Assembly: GCA_003149935.1 (NCBI GenBank)
Contig: QAMH01000009.1
Span: 2,774-66,773, forward strand
Reading direction: 5' to 3'
Origin: Coriobacteriia bacterium
Lineage (GTDB): Bacteria; Actinomycetota; Coriobacteriia; Coriobacteriales; QAMH01
DNA length: 64,000 bases
The position numbers and the translations under genes are program-made. Under the pieces are notes generated by a model that was not told the DNA's origin, did no database searches, and saw nothing but the letters and a program-made list of their open reading frames with translations. Of the stretch, positions 26,701 through 34,670 are shown piece by piece; position 1 is the first letter of the stretch, and each line of letters opens with the position of its first letter.

Positions 26701-27767
26701 AAGATAACGAGCTCGTCGCGATTGATGAACTCGCGGGCCCCGTGCTTCCCGAGCAAACCCTCGAGCTCGTCGGCACCATAGCCAGCAAGACCACGCCCAA
26801 TGATGCGTCCCTGCAAATCGACGACGTCGACCGGATCACCTGCCTCGAACGTGCCCTCAACCGCGACGATGCCCACGGGCAACAGCGAGCCGCCGTGATT
26901 GAGCAGCGCATTGCAAGCGCCATCATCGCAGGTAACGCGGCCCTTCACCTTGCCACCGAGTGCAATCCACGACTTACGTGCCGCAAGACCGTTCGAGCTC
27001 TCGTCGAAGAAGGTCGTTCCGACCTGGCGCCCATGCACCGCATCGGTAATGGCTCCACGACGATGCCCCTCGCAGATGACCATCGGAATGCCTGCTGCCA
27101 TGAGCACGCGCGCGGCGGCAATCTTGGTGAGCATGCCGCCCGAACCGCTGCGGCTGCCAACGCCACCGGCACCATTCTCGATCTCCTCGCTCATCTTGCT
27201 CACGGTGTTGAGCAGCTCGGCGTCCTCGTTCTTGCGCGGATCAGCCGTGTACAGGCCGTCGATGTCGCTGAGCAGCACCACGAGGTCGGCGTTGATGGAT
27301 GTCGCGACCATGGCCGCGAGCGTGTCGTTGTCGCCAAAGCGAATCTCTTCGACGGCAACGGTGTCGTTTTCGTTGATGATGGGCACCACGCCCAGCTCGA
27401 GCAGACGCTCGATCGTGTCGCGTGCGTGCAAGTACGATTCGCGCTGCCCGGTGGTCGCGCGCGTCATGAGGATCTGTCCCACCGTCACGCCAAAGCAGGC
27501 GAAGGTGTCGGTGTACTGGCGGATGAGGCCAACCTGGCCGATGGAAGCAGCGGCCTGCAAGGTGGGCATGTCATCGGGGCGTTCGCCGTGAATGCCGAGC
27601 ACTTCGAGACCCAACGCGATAGATCCCGAAGACACGATGATGGGTTGGACGTCCTCGTCATGTATGAGGTTGGCGCACTCGGAGGCAAGATGCCCCACGA
27701 AGACGGCATCAACCTTGCCATCCTTCACGAGAGTGGACGAACCGATCTTGATTACCACGCGCTTCAT
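26697..27767 (-). CDS. proB: Glutamate 5-kinase (with PUA domain)
   Basis: RVVIKIGSSTLV...NENDTVAVEEIRFGDNDTLAA... plus a C-terminal PUA-like region. Confidence 0.95.
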   Translation of the reverse strand: MKRVVIKIGSSTLVKDGKVDAVFVGHLASECANLIHDEDVQPIIVSSGSIALGLEVLGIHGERPDDMPTLQAAASIGQVGLIRQYTDTFACFGVTVGQILMTRATTGQRESYLHARDTIERLLELGVVPIINENDTVAVEEIRFGDNDTLAAMVATSINADLVVLLSDIDGLYTADPRKNEDAELLNTVSKMSEEIENGAGGVGSRSGSGGMLTKIAAARVLMAAGIPMVICEGHRRGAITDAVHGRQVGTTFFDESSNGLAARKSWIALGGKVKGRVTCDDGACNALLNHGGSLLPVGIVAVEGTFEAGDPVDVVDLQGRIIGRGLAGYGADELEGLLGKHGAREFINRDELVIF

Positions 27768-27770
27768 CGC

Positions 27771-29180
27771 CTAGCCCTCTCGATCAATGATGTTATCGAA
27801 CTCATCATCACCCCAGCCCGCAGGCTCGAACTCGAAGGCGATGTCCATGATGCGCACCTCGTCGCCGGCATGCGCCCCCGCTGCGGTAAGCGCGCGCTCG
27901 ACACCAGCACGCTCCATGCGGCGCTGCAGGAAGGCGACGGCTTCGTCGTTGTCCCACTCGGTCTGGACGACCATGCGCTCGACGCCCTTGCCGTGCACAC
28001 GCCATGCATGCGGCCCCTCTTCCTCGACCTCGATGGCGCGATCGCGCTCGAGGCGCTTGTGCTCCCAAATCTGGTCGTACTCGGGCATTGGGTCTTCGGC
28101 CGCTTGCTCACGCAAGCGATGGACCTCGGTCGCGGTTGCCGCGATGAGCGAGTCGATGCCCGTTTGCGTTACGGCGCTCACCGCGAAAAACGGGATGGGA
28201 TTGGGAATGTCTATGCCGTCGTCGAGCAGGCGCTCGGAGAGCTCCTCGCTCTCGGCCTTCACGTGCGCGCGCAGGCGCTCGAGATTCTCCTCGGTCCCGG
28301 GCACGTCGACCTTGTTGCCCACGACGATGACGGGGCGGTCGGCGAGCTCGGGGGCGTACAGAGCCAGCTCGCGTTTGATGATCTCGTAATCCTCGACCGG
28401 ATCGCGTCCCTCGAGGCCGCCCGTCAAATCGACGACGTGCAAGATGAGGGCCGTGCGCTCGACATGACGCAGGAACTCGTGACCCAGGCCCTTGCCCTCG
28501 GCGGCACCTTCGATGAGACCGGGGACGTCTGCCACCGTGAAGCTCAGGTCCCCGTAGCGAACCATGCCCAGATTGGGCGTGAGCGTAGTGAACGGGTAAT
28601 CGGCAATCTTGGGGCGTGCGGCCGACATGCAGGCGATGAGCGAGCTCTTGCCCACCGATGGCATGCCCACAAGCGCGGCATCTGCCATGAGCTTCATCTC
28701 GAGCTCGATCCAGAACGGCTCGGTCGGCTCGCCCAGCTCGGAGAACGACGGGGCGCGCCTCGTGGGCGTGACGAAGTGCGTGTTGCCACGGCCACCACGG
28801 CCACCCTTGGCGACGATGACGCGCTCGCCGTTATGGGTGAGGTCGGCGATTTCCTCGCATGGCTCCAAATCCTCATCGAGCAGACGCACGACCGTGCCCA
28901 CGGGCACTTTGAGGATGAGGTCCTCGCCGTTTGCGCCGTGCATGCGCTTGCCCTGCCCATGCGTGCCCTTCTGCGCCTTGAAATGGTGCTTGTAGCGATA
29001 GTCGATGAGCGTGGAAACCGTGGCATCCGCAACGATGATGATGTCGCCACCGCGGCCACCATCGCCGCCGTCAGGACCACCCTTGGGAACATGGGCCTCG
29101 CGACGAAACGAGGTGCATCCGGCACCGCCGTTGCCAGATTTGACCTGTATGCGAACCTGATCGGTGAAGGTTCCCGCCAT
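27771..29180 (-). CDS. obg: GTPase Obg/CgtA
   Basis: MAGTFTDQVRIQVKSGNGGAGCTSFRREAHVPKGGPDGGDGGRGG (Obg fold), G-motifs GMPSVGKSS and DVPGLIEGA, and a C-terminal OCT domain. ATG 29180 lies 1 nt after the upstream stop. Confidence 0.95.
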   Translation of the reverse strand: MAGTFTDQVRIQVKSGNGGAGCTSFRREAHVPKGGPDGGDGGRGGDIIIVADATVSTLIDYRYKHHFKAQKGTHGQGKRMHGANGEDLILKVPVGTVVRLLDEDLEPCEEIADLTHNGERVIVAKGGRGGRGNTHFVTPTRRAPSFSELGEPTEPFWIELEMKLMADAALVGMPSVGKSSLIACMSAARPKIADYPFTTLTPNLGMVRYGDLSFTVADVPGLIEGAAEGKGLGHEFLRHVERTALILHVVDLTGGLEGRDPVEDYEIIKRELALYAPELADRPVIVVGNKVDVPGTEENLERLRAHVKAESEELSERLLDDGIDIPNPIPFFAVSAVTQTGIDSLIAATATEVHRLREQAAEDPMPEYDQIWEHKRLERDRAIEVEEEGPHAWRVHGKGVERMVVQTEWDNDEAVAFLQRRMERAGVERALTAAGAHAGDEVRIMDIAFEFEPAGWGDDEFDNIIDREG

Positions 29181-29181
29181 G

Positions 29182-30417
29182 TTAGATCCCCTTGAAGTCC
29201 ATGAGCGGTTCGAGATAATCCGCTTCGACGCCCAGGCCATCGGGTGCAATCTGGAAGAGCAGCCCAATCCAGCTCTCGAGCGTACGGCCATAGATCACGG
29301 CATCGAGCTCATCGGTAATCACAGCATCGATGGCATCCTCGACACTTTGCTCGGTATAGGGCCAAATGCCATCCTCGCCCACTCCGAGCGCGCGTTCAAT
29401 GATGTCGAGATTGGTCTCGCCATAGAAAATGCCCTTGATGAGCGCGGCATATCCGAGCGCAACGTCAAAAGGCACCGAGTCGCCCTGACGAATCTCGACG
29501 TAGCGCTTGAGGCGCACGTCTGGCCACACCATGCTGAACAGGTGCTCGATATCGGCCTTGTCCATAGGCGCATCCGCATAGGCTTCGGCCGCGGTCATCG
29601 TTCCCGTGGAATGCACGTCAGGGCGCGTGATGAAGATAGGCGGAACGGAGAGCAGCCAATCCGCGTAGGCGGCAAAGCCGAATCCCTCGTCGAAGAGGCC
29701 CGGAATGGCACCGCAACGAGCAGGATCGACCTCACGCCACACCTTCATGCGACGAAGCGGCGTAGAGTTGGGCTCGCCTTCGAAGACAGGAACGTTATCG
29801 AGCAGATATGAGAAGACGGGACCAAGCAAAGTGGCGATGCGCAGCTTGCGCACGGCGTCGGCCTCGTTCGCGAAATCAATGGAAACCTGCATGGAGGTGG
29901 TCGCGCGCATCATGCGCTCGGCGTGCATGCCAGGTAGCTTCGAGAAGTACTCGTCCATGAAGTGATAGCGCGGCTTGGGGATGATGGGGAGATCTGCCGC
30001 ATGATTCTTGGGGTCGTAGCCCAGTGGGACGAGCGTGTAGTCGAAGGGCTTGAGGATCTGCTTCATGCGCAAGGCGAAGTTGTCGTACTCGTGCTCGACA
30101 TCTGCTAGCGAGAGCATAGGCGATATGGAGACCTCAAGCTGCGCCGCAGGCTCAATGGTCACGTTGGAATCGAGGCGGAACAGCGACAGGATGTCGCCCT
30201 CCTCGTTGCGCACGACCTCGGAATAGTACGGACTTAGCTGCTCGAGAATGTCGCGCACGCCCAGACGGCCGTGCTTCTCGATGTAGGGTACACGATCGCC
30301 GTCCTCGTCGAGCACGAACTGCTCGATCTCGACGCCGATGTAGCCCATGTCACCGCCCTTGCACCCCGATTCGAGGTACTCGATGATTAACTCGCGATTG
30401 TCGAATTGGTCGCTCAT
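29182..30417 (-). CDS. Glutamate--cysteine ligase family protein
   Basis: YIGVEIEQFV... and TIEPAAQLEVS resemble the GCL GxExE / EPGGQxExS motifs. ATG 30417 (MSDQFDNREL) is preferred over the longer track ORF. Confidence 0.65.
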   Translation of the reverse strand: MSDQFDNRELIIEYLESGCKGGDMGYIGVEIEQFVLDEDGDRVPYIEKHGRLGVRDILEQLSPYYSEVVRNEEGDILSLFRLDSNVTIEPAAQLEVSISPMLSLADVEHEYDNFALRMKQILKPFDYTLVPLGYDPKNHAADLPIIPKPRYHFMDEYFSKLPGMHAERMMRATTSMQVSIDFANEADAVRKLRIATLLGPVFSYLLDNVPVFEGEPNSTPLRRMKVWREVDPARCGAIPGLFDEGFGFAAYADWLLSVPPIFITRPDVHSTGTMTAAEAYADAPMDKADIEHLFSMVWPDVRLKRYVEIRQGDSVPFDVALGYAALIKGIFYGETNLDIIERALGVGEDGIWPYTEQSVEDAIDAVITDELDAVIYGRTLESWIGLLFQIAPDGLGVEADYLEPLMDFKGI

Positions 30418-30466
30418 GACAGCCTCATTCGTTGACGTTGTAGTTAACCCGATATGGTACCGCAAC

Positions 30467-31393
30467 TCACTCACCCAGATACCTCGCAACGAGCGGATTG
30501 CTCTTGATGACGGCACGCAGGTTGTCGATGTAAGACGCGAGCAGACCGTCGAGCACACGATCCCTATGGATGAGATATCCCACAGTCATGGTGATATCAG
30601 TATCAAGCGGAATGGAGACGATGCCGTCCTGCATCTCGGGCGTGAGTATGCCCGTCGAAAGCGTGTAGCCATCGAAGTCAGTGAGCAGACTCGTGAGCGT
30701 CGCGCGATCGGAAATGCGAATCTTGCGCTTGTGCGGCACCTCGGAGAGCGGTTCTTCCGAGAAGAAGAACGAGTTGGCGACGCCCTGCTCGAACGAATAG
30801 CGCGGGTAATCTTCCAGCTCATCGAGCGTAAGCATCTCACGATGCGCCAGTGGATGGTGCTCGCCCACAAAAACGTTGACGGGTGCCTCGAAGAGCGGCG
30901 TGAACACGAGCTGGGCATCTTCGAAGGCGCTGCGCAGCACGCGCGCATTGTGCCGGTCAATGTAGAGAATACCGATGTCAGAGCGATGCGTGCGCACGTC
31001 ATCGATAATCTCGCCAGTCGCCGCCTCGCGCATGATGAAGTCGTATTCCTCGTCATCGCAGCTATCCACCGTGTCGATGAACGCGCGGACGCAAAACGCG
31101 TAATGCTGTGTCGAGACCGAGAAACGCGCCTCGTGGCTTTTGCTCGCGTAATGCTCCTCGAGCATGTTTGCCTGCTCGACGATTTGTCGCGCGTAGGCAA
31201 GCAGTTCGTTTCCCTCGTTGGTGAGTGCCACACCACGATTGGTACGCGTGAATATCTCGATGCCAAACTCGCGCTCGAGTTCCTTGACGGCAATCGAAAG
31301 ATTCGATTGAGATGCGTACATGTGCTTGGCCGCTGCGCTCATGGATCCGGTCTCGGCAATTGCGATGAGATAACGAAGCTGTTGGAGGGTCAT
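30467..31393 (-). CDS. LysR-family transcriptional regulator
   Basis: MTLQQLRYLIAIAETGSMSAAAKHMYASQSNLSIAVKELEREFGIEIFTRTNRGVALTNEG is a LysR HTH, followed by a substrate-binding domain. Divergent from the ligase gene. Confidence 0.9.
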   Translation of the reverse strand: MTLQQLRYLIAIAETGSMSAAAKHMYASQSNLSIAVKELEREFGIEIFTRTNRGVALTNEGNELLAYARQIVEQANMLEEHYASKSHEARFSVSTQHYAFCVRAFIDTVDSCDDEEYDFIMREAATGEIIDDVRTHRSDIGILYIDRHNARVLRSAFEDAQLVFTPLFEAPVNVFVGEHHPLAHREMLTLDELEDYPRYSFEQGVANSFFFSEEPLSEVPHKRKIRISDRATLTSLLTDFDGYTLSTGILTPEMQDGIVSIPLDTDITMTVGYLIHRDRVLDGLLASYIDNLRAVIKSNPLVARYLGE

Positions 31394-31553
31394 GGTTTCC
31401 TTCAATCGTATATATTGCTTGTCAATCTATTTTATCAATAGCAAGGTATCGAAACTACGCATGGGCAAAACTCTATGCAACGAAGTCGAAGAGTGGTGAA
31501 ATAGCGGACGTCTATCCGAGAGCAAGATCGATACCACACGAAAGGAGCTCGGC

Positions 31554-32897
31554 ATGGCAAAGAAGAACGTTCCATATGACCAGGAGTACTACGACAAAGA
31601 GATCGAGACCATGCCGCGCGAGCAGCTTGAGGAGTTGCAGCTTGGCTATCTCAAAGACGAGCTGAAATTCGCCTACGACAACTGCCCCTATTACAAGCGC
31701 GCCTGGGACGAGGCCGGCGTCTCGCCCGAGATCGAGACCCTCGCCGACCTGCAGAAGTTCCCCTTCATCAACAAGCAGACGGAGCGTGACACGCAAGGTG
31801 TCGGCAGTTTCTTCGGCGAGCTGTGCGGTGTGCCCGAAGACGACGTCGTCTACATGGCCACTTCCTCGGGTTCGACCGGCGTGCCCACGATGAGCCCCTT
31901 TACCCAAGGTGATTTCGAGGACTTCATGAAAGCCGAAAGCCGCTTGTTCTGGCAGGCAGGCATGCGTCCCAACGATCGCTACCTGCACGGCATGAACTTC
32001 GCGCTCTACGTCGGCGGCCCTTGCGTCATCGGCGCCCAGGAGCTCGGCGCGCTCGGCATCTGGGTCGGCGCTGTTCCAAGCGATCGCCTGCTGTGGGCGA
32101 TGAAGCAGTATCAGCCCACGTTCTTCTGGTCGTCGCCCTCTTATGCCTGGCAGCTCGGCCAGAAGGCCATCGAGAAGGGTTATGACCCCAAGACGGACTT
32201 CGCTTCGCTCAAGCACATCATCATATCCGGCGAGCCCGGCGGCTCCATCGAGTCAACGCGCAAAGCCATCGAGGAGATCTGGGACGCGAGCGTCTACGAC
32301 TTCTTCGGCCTCTCCGACATCTACGGCGCCTGCGCCGCCATGTGCGACGCCAAGGACGGCCTGCACATCATCGAGGACCAGATTCTCGTCGAGGTCGTCG
32401 ACCCCGTCACGGGCGAGGTCCTGCCCGATGGCGAACGCGGCGAAATCGTCTACACCACGCTTAAGAAGCGCGCCCGTCCGATGATCCGCTTCCGCAGCGG
32501 CGACATCGGTCACGTCAACCGCGAGACCTGCGAGTGCGGCCGCACCATGACCCGCATCTACATCCAGGGTCGCAAGGATGAAATGTTCATCGTGAGCGCC
32601 GTCAACGTGTTCCCGAGCGATATCGAATACATCGTCCGCAACGAAAAGGGGCTGTCGGGCGAGTACCTCATCCGCGTGTACGACGAGAACTACACGACGC
32701 GTTACGAAGTCTCCGTCGAGCGTGCGTTTGGCTCCGACGAGGCGTACGATGAGATTGCCAAGCGCGTCGAAAACGAACTCAAGACCCATACAGGCGTACG
32801 TCCGGCCAAGGTTCTCGTGTTCGACACCGACAAGTTGGGCACCTCAAGTGAGCACAAGGCCAAGCGCTTCATCGACGAGCGCCACCAGAACGCGTAG
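31554..32897 (+). CDS. Phenylacetate-CoA ligase-like adenylate-forming enzyme (PaaK / F390 synthetase family)
   Basis: MATSSGSTGVPT (AMP-binding P-loop), ...ISGEPGG..., FRSGDIG. The ~440-aa size is typical of the PaaK family. Confidence 0.85.
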   Translation: MAKKNVPYDQEYYDKEIETMPREQLEELQLGYLKDELKFAYDNCPYYKRAWDEAGVSPEIETLADLQKFPFINKQTERDTQGVGSFFGELCGVPEDDVVYMATSSGSTGVPTMSPFTQGDFEDFMKAESRLFWQAGMRPNDRYLHGMNFALYVGGPCVIGAQELGALGIWVGAVPSDRLLWAMKQYQPTFFWSSPSYAWQLGQKAIEKGYDPKTDFASLKHIIISGEPGGSIESTRKAIEEIWDASVYDFFGLSDIYGACAAMCDAKDGLHIIEDQILVEVVDPVTGEVLPDGERGEIVYTTLKKRARPMIRFRSGDIGHVNRETCECGRTMTRIYIQGRKDEMFIVSAVNVFPSDIEYIVRNEKGLSGEYLIRVYDENYTTRYEVSVERAFGSDEAYDEIAKRVENELKTHTGVRPAKVLVFDTDKLGTSSEHKAKRFIDERHQNA

Positions 32898-32915
32898 GAA
32901 GGCAGGGGATCAACT

Positions 32916-33569
32916 ATGACCAAGAAATTCGCAATCTCCGGACAGCACTATCTGTTCGATGTTCAATCCTTCGCGGCGCTCGTCCTCGCACTTGGCGGCG
33001 ATGATTACGAGTACGCGCTGCGTGACCGCACGACCAAGCGTGTCATCGAAGACGTCGCGAATGGCGAGAGCGAGATCGGTGTGCTCGTTGAGACCACACG
33101 CTCGGCGGCCGGCCTCGAGGAGGCCTTCGCGGAGGCAGGCGTGGAGTTCGTCGAGCTCATCGAATCGACGCCGCGCGTCGCCCTGCCCAAGAGCCATCCG
33201 TTCGTGAACGCCGAATCGCTCACGCTCGATCAGCTCGAGGACTATCCGTACATCTACTTCGAGCAGGAGGAGGACGCCCCGGTGTGCTTTGCCGAGGAGG
33301 CCCTTGCCGACGAAGCGCGGCATAAGAGCATCGCCTGCACGGACCGCGCCTCGCTCTCCGAGCTCATCGTCGCGCTCAATGGCTATACGGTGACGAGCGG
33401 CATTCTCGTCGGCATCTCGGATGGCGCCTCTCTCGCCACGGTACGTCTCGACACGGACGTGACGCTGCATCTGGGCTACATCATCAAGAAGGGCGTGAAG
33501 CTCTCCGACACGGCCAAGAAGTTCATCGAGAAGCTCGAGGGCAATCTCAAGAAGTACGCGAAGTTCTAA
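32916..33569 (+). CDS. Stand-alone LysR-type substrate-binding domain protein (no HTH)
   Basis: It aligns by eye with the effector domain of the divergent LysR (FAISGQHYLFDVQSFAALV...DYEYALRDRTTKRVIEDVANGESEIGVL vs FSVSTQHYAFCVRAFIDTV...EYDFIMREAATGEIIDDVRTHRSDIGIL). It starts directly at that domain. Confidence 0.7.
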   Translation: MTKKFAISGQHYLFDVQSFAALVLALGGDDYEYALRDRTTKRVIEDVANGESEIGVLVETTRSAAGLEEAFAEAGVEFVELIESTPRVALPKSHPFVNAESLTLDQLEDYPYIYFEQEEDAPVCFAEEALADEARHKSIACTDRASLSELIVALNGYTVTSGILVGISDGASLATVRLDTDVTLHLGYIIKKGVKLSDTAKKFIEKLEGNLKKYAKF

Positions 33570-33600
33570 AGACGCAGCTCACTGACTCGGCAGTTGCGCA

Positions 33601-33631
33601 GGGGCGGCACATAAGGGCCGCCCCTTTTTTT
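33601..33631 (+). terminator. Rho-independent terminator
   Basis: GGGGCGGC-acataagg-GCCGCCCC followed by TTTTTTT. Confidence 0.8.
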
Positions 33632-33637
33632 GATGCT

Positions 33638-33799
33638 CTGTCATCTCGACTGGAGCGGCCGCCAGGCCGCGGAACGGAGAGATCTCTCGGGAGATTTCTC
33701 GACTCCGCGACCTTCGGTCGCTCCGCTCGAAATGACAAGAGGGGATGTCTTCGCTCACTCGAAATGACAAGGCAGCTTCGCTTCGCTCGAAATGACAGG
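33638..33799. repeat. Cluster of 3-4 copies/part-copies of the GAGATTTCTCGAC...GCTCGAAATGACA element
   Basis: The full copy spans 33691-33737. 3' half copies lie at 33749-33772 and 33776-33799. Inverted or degenerate pieces occupy 33638-33690. Confidence 0.75.
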
Positions 33800-33806
33800 G
33801 GGAAGA

Positions 33807-34250
33807 TCAATCGTCGCTTATCCCGAGCAGCTCGATTTCGTACTCGAGCGTCTTGCCGGCAAAGGGATGGTTGAAGTCGACTTGGATGAAGTCCTCTGTC
33901 GCCTTCGTGCAGATGGCCGGAATCCTGCGCTGGGAAACCGGATTGACCCAACTGCCCACGAAACCTTCGTAGATGTCGTCACCATTGGGAAAATCACGTC
34001 GCAGAAAACGCTGCACGCCAGCCGGATCATGCTCTCCGTAGGCTTTCTCGGGCTCGATTACGACGGTGCGCACCTCGCCGATCTCCATGTCATAGAGTGC
34101 CTCGTCGATGCCGCGTATGACCTCACCCACACCCATGCGGATGGTCGTGGGCTCATCCCAGCAGACATCCTCGGGAGGTTGCCCCTGTACACCACCTCGA
34201 TAACGCACGTGCGCCGTCTTCCCTGACCGCTCGATATTAGGAAGCGTCAT
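33807..34250 (-). CDS. FKBP-type peptidyl-prolyl cis-trans isomerase (SlyD-like)
   Basis: VIRGIDEALYDMEIGEVRTVVIEPEKAYGEHD...DFNHPFAGKTLEYEIELLGI. ATG 34250 is preceded by AGGAGG. Confidence 0.85.
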   Translation of the reverse strand: MTLPNIERSGKTAHVRYRGGVQGQPPEDVCWDEPTTIRMGVGEVIRGIDEALYDMEIGEVRTVVIEPEKAYGEHDPAGVQRFLRRDFPNGDDIYEGFVGSWVNPVSQRRIPAICTKATEDFIQVDFNHPFAGKTLEYEIELLGISDD

Positions 34251-34305
34251 AAAGACCTCCTTGCAGAGACGGAGTGCCCCTTTCAATGACACTCCGTCTT
34301 CGTTT

Positions 34306-34668
34306 CTATTCCCTCAGCTTTTCGTATGGTTTGTAGACCGGCGTGAAAATGACCTGACGTCGCTGTCCGTCCATCTTCTGCGCAAGCTCGGTGACTGGCC
34401 CGTAATACATCACGTTGGCCAGACAGTGATGCACGCAAATGGGCTCTCGGCCGCGGCTCGTGCGATCGATGCACAAGTCGCACAGATCCGTCGGCACCGG
34501 AATCTTGTTCCAGTTGTAGTGACCGGGCTCAATCTCCCATGGGCCATCATCAAGCACGCGGATGCCCCATTTGCCCACGGGGTAATCGTGCTCTTCCTTG
34601 CATGACACCTCGCATGATTGGCAACCCGTGCACAGTTCGTAATCGATAAGCAGTCCCGTTGCTTCCAT
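34306..34668 (-). CDS. 4Fe-4S dicluster ferredoxin-type subunit
   Basis: CTGCQSCEVSC plus CDLC...CVHHC cysteine motifs. It lies 2 nt downstream of the molybdoenzyme gene. Confidence 0.85.
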   Translation of the reverse strand: MEATGLLIDYELCTGCQSCEVSCKEEHDYPVGKWGIRVLDDGPWEIEPGHYNWNKIPVPTDLCDLCIDRTSRGREPICVHHCLANVMYYGPVTELAQKMDGQRRQVIFTPVYKPYEKLRE

Positions 34669-34670
34669 GG

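Noticed and set aside
26697-27767. Separation of proB (26697-27767) from proA (63232-64000) as a sign of rearrangement.
   Set aside because: The orders obg-proB and proA-nadD-yqeK-rsfS are both common conserved arrangements in Gram-positive genomes, so this is not anomalous.
26742-29195. Very long plus-strand ORF (817 aa). Similar long ORFs occur at 52461-54587(-), 59491-61305(+), 40541-42262(+), 13709-15226(+), 12183-13625(+), 51454-52815(-), 25318-26493(+), 38582-39949(+), 43198-44427(+), 57848-58915(+), 5487-6263(+), 31512-32216(-).
   Set aside because: Each lies antisense to a gene with unmistakable family motifs (obg/proB, hydrogenase subunits, murT, metG, tatD, gap and others). Each has the R/A/G/H/D/V-rich, motif-free composition typical of shadow ORFs in high-GC DNA. 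No RBS or independent evidence supports them.
31406-31553. A LysR T-N11-A box in the LysR/ligase divergent spacer (TCAAT-N8-TCAAT around 31421-31439).
   Set aside because: I found only a short direct repeat and no convincing dyad. The evidence is too weak to report as a feature.
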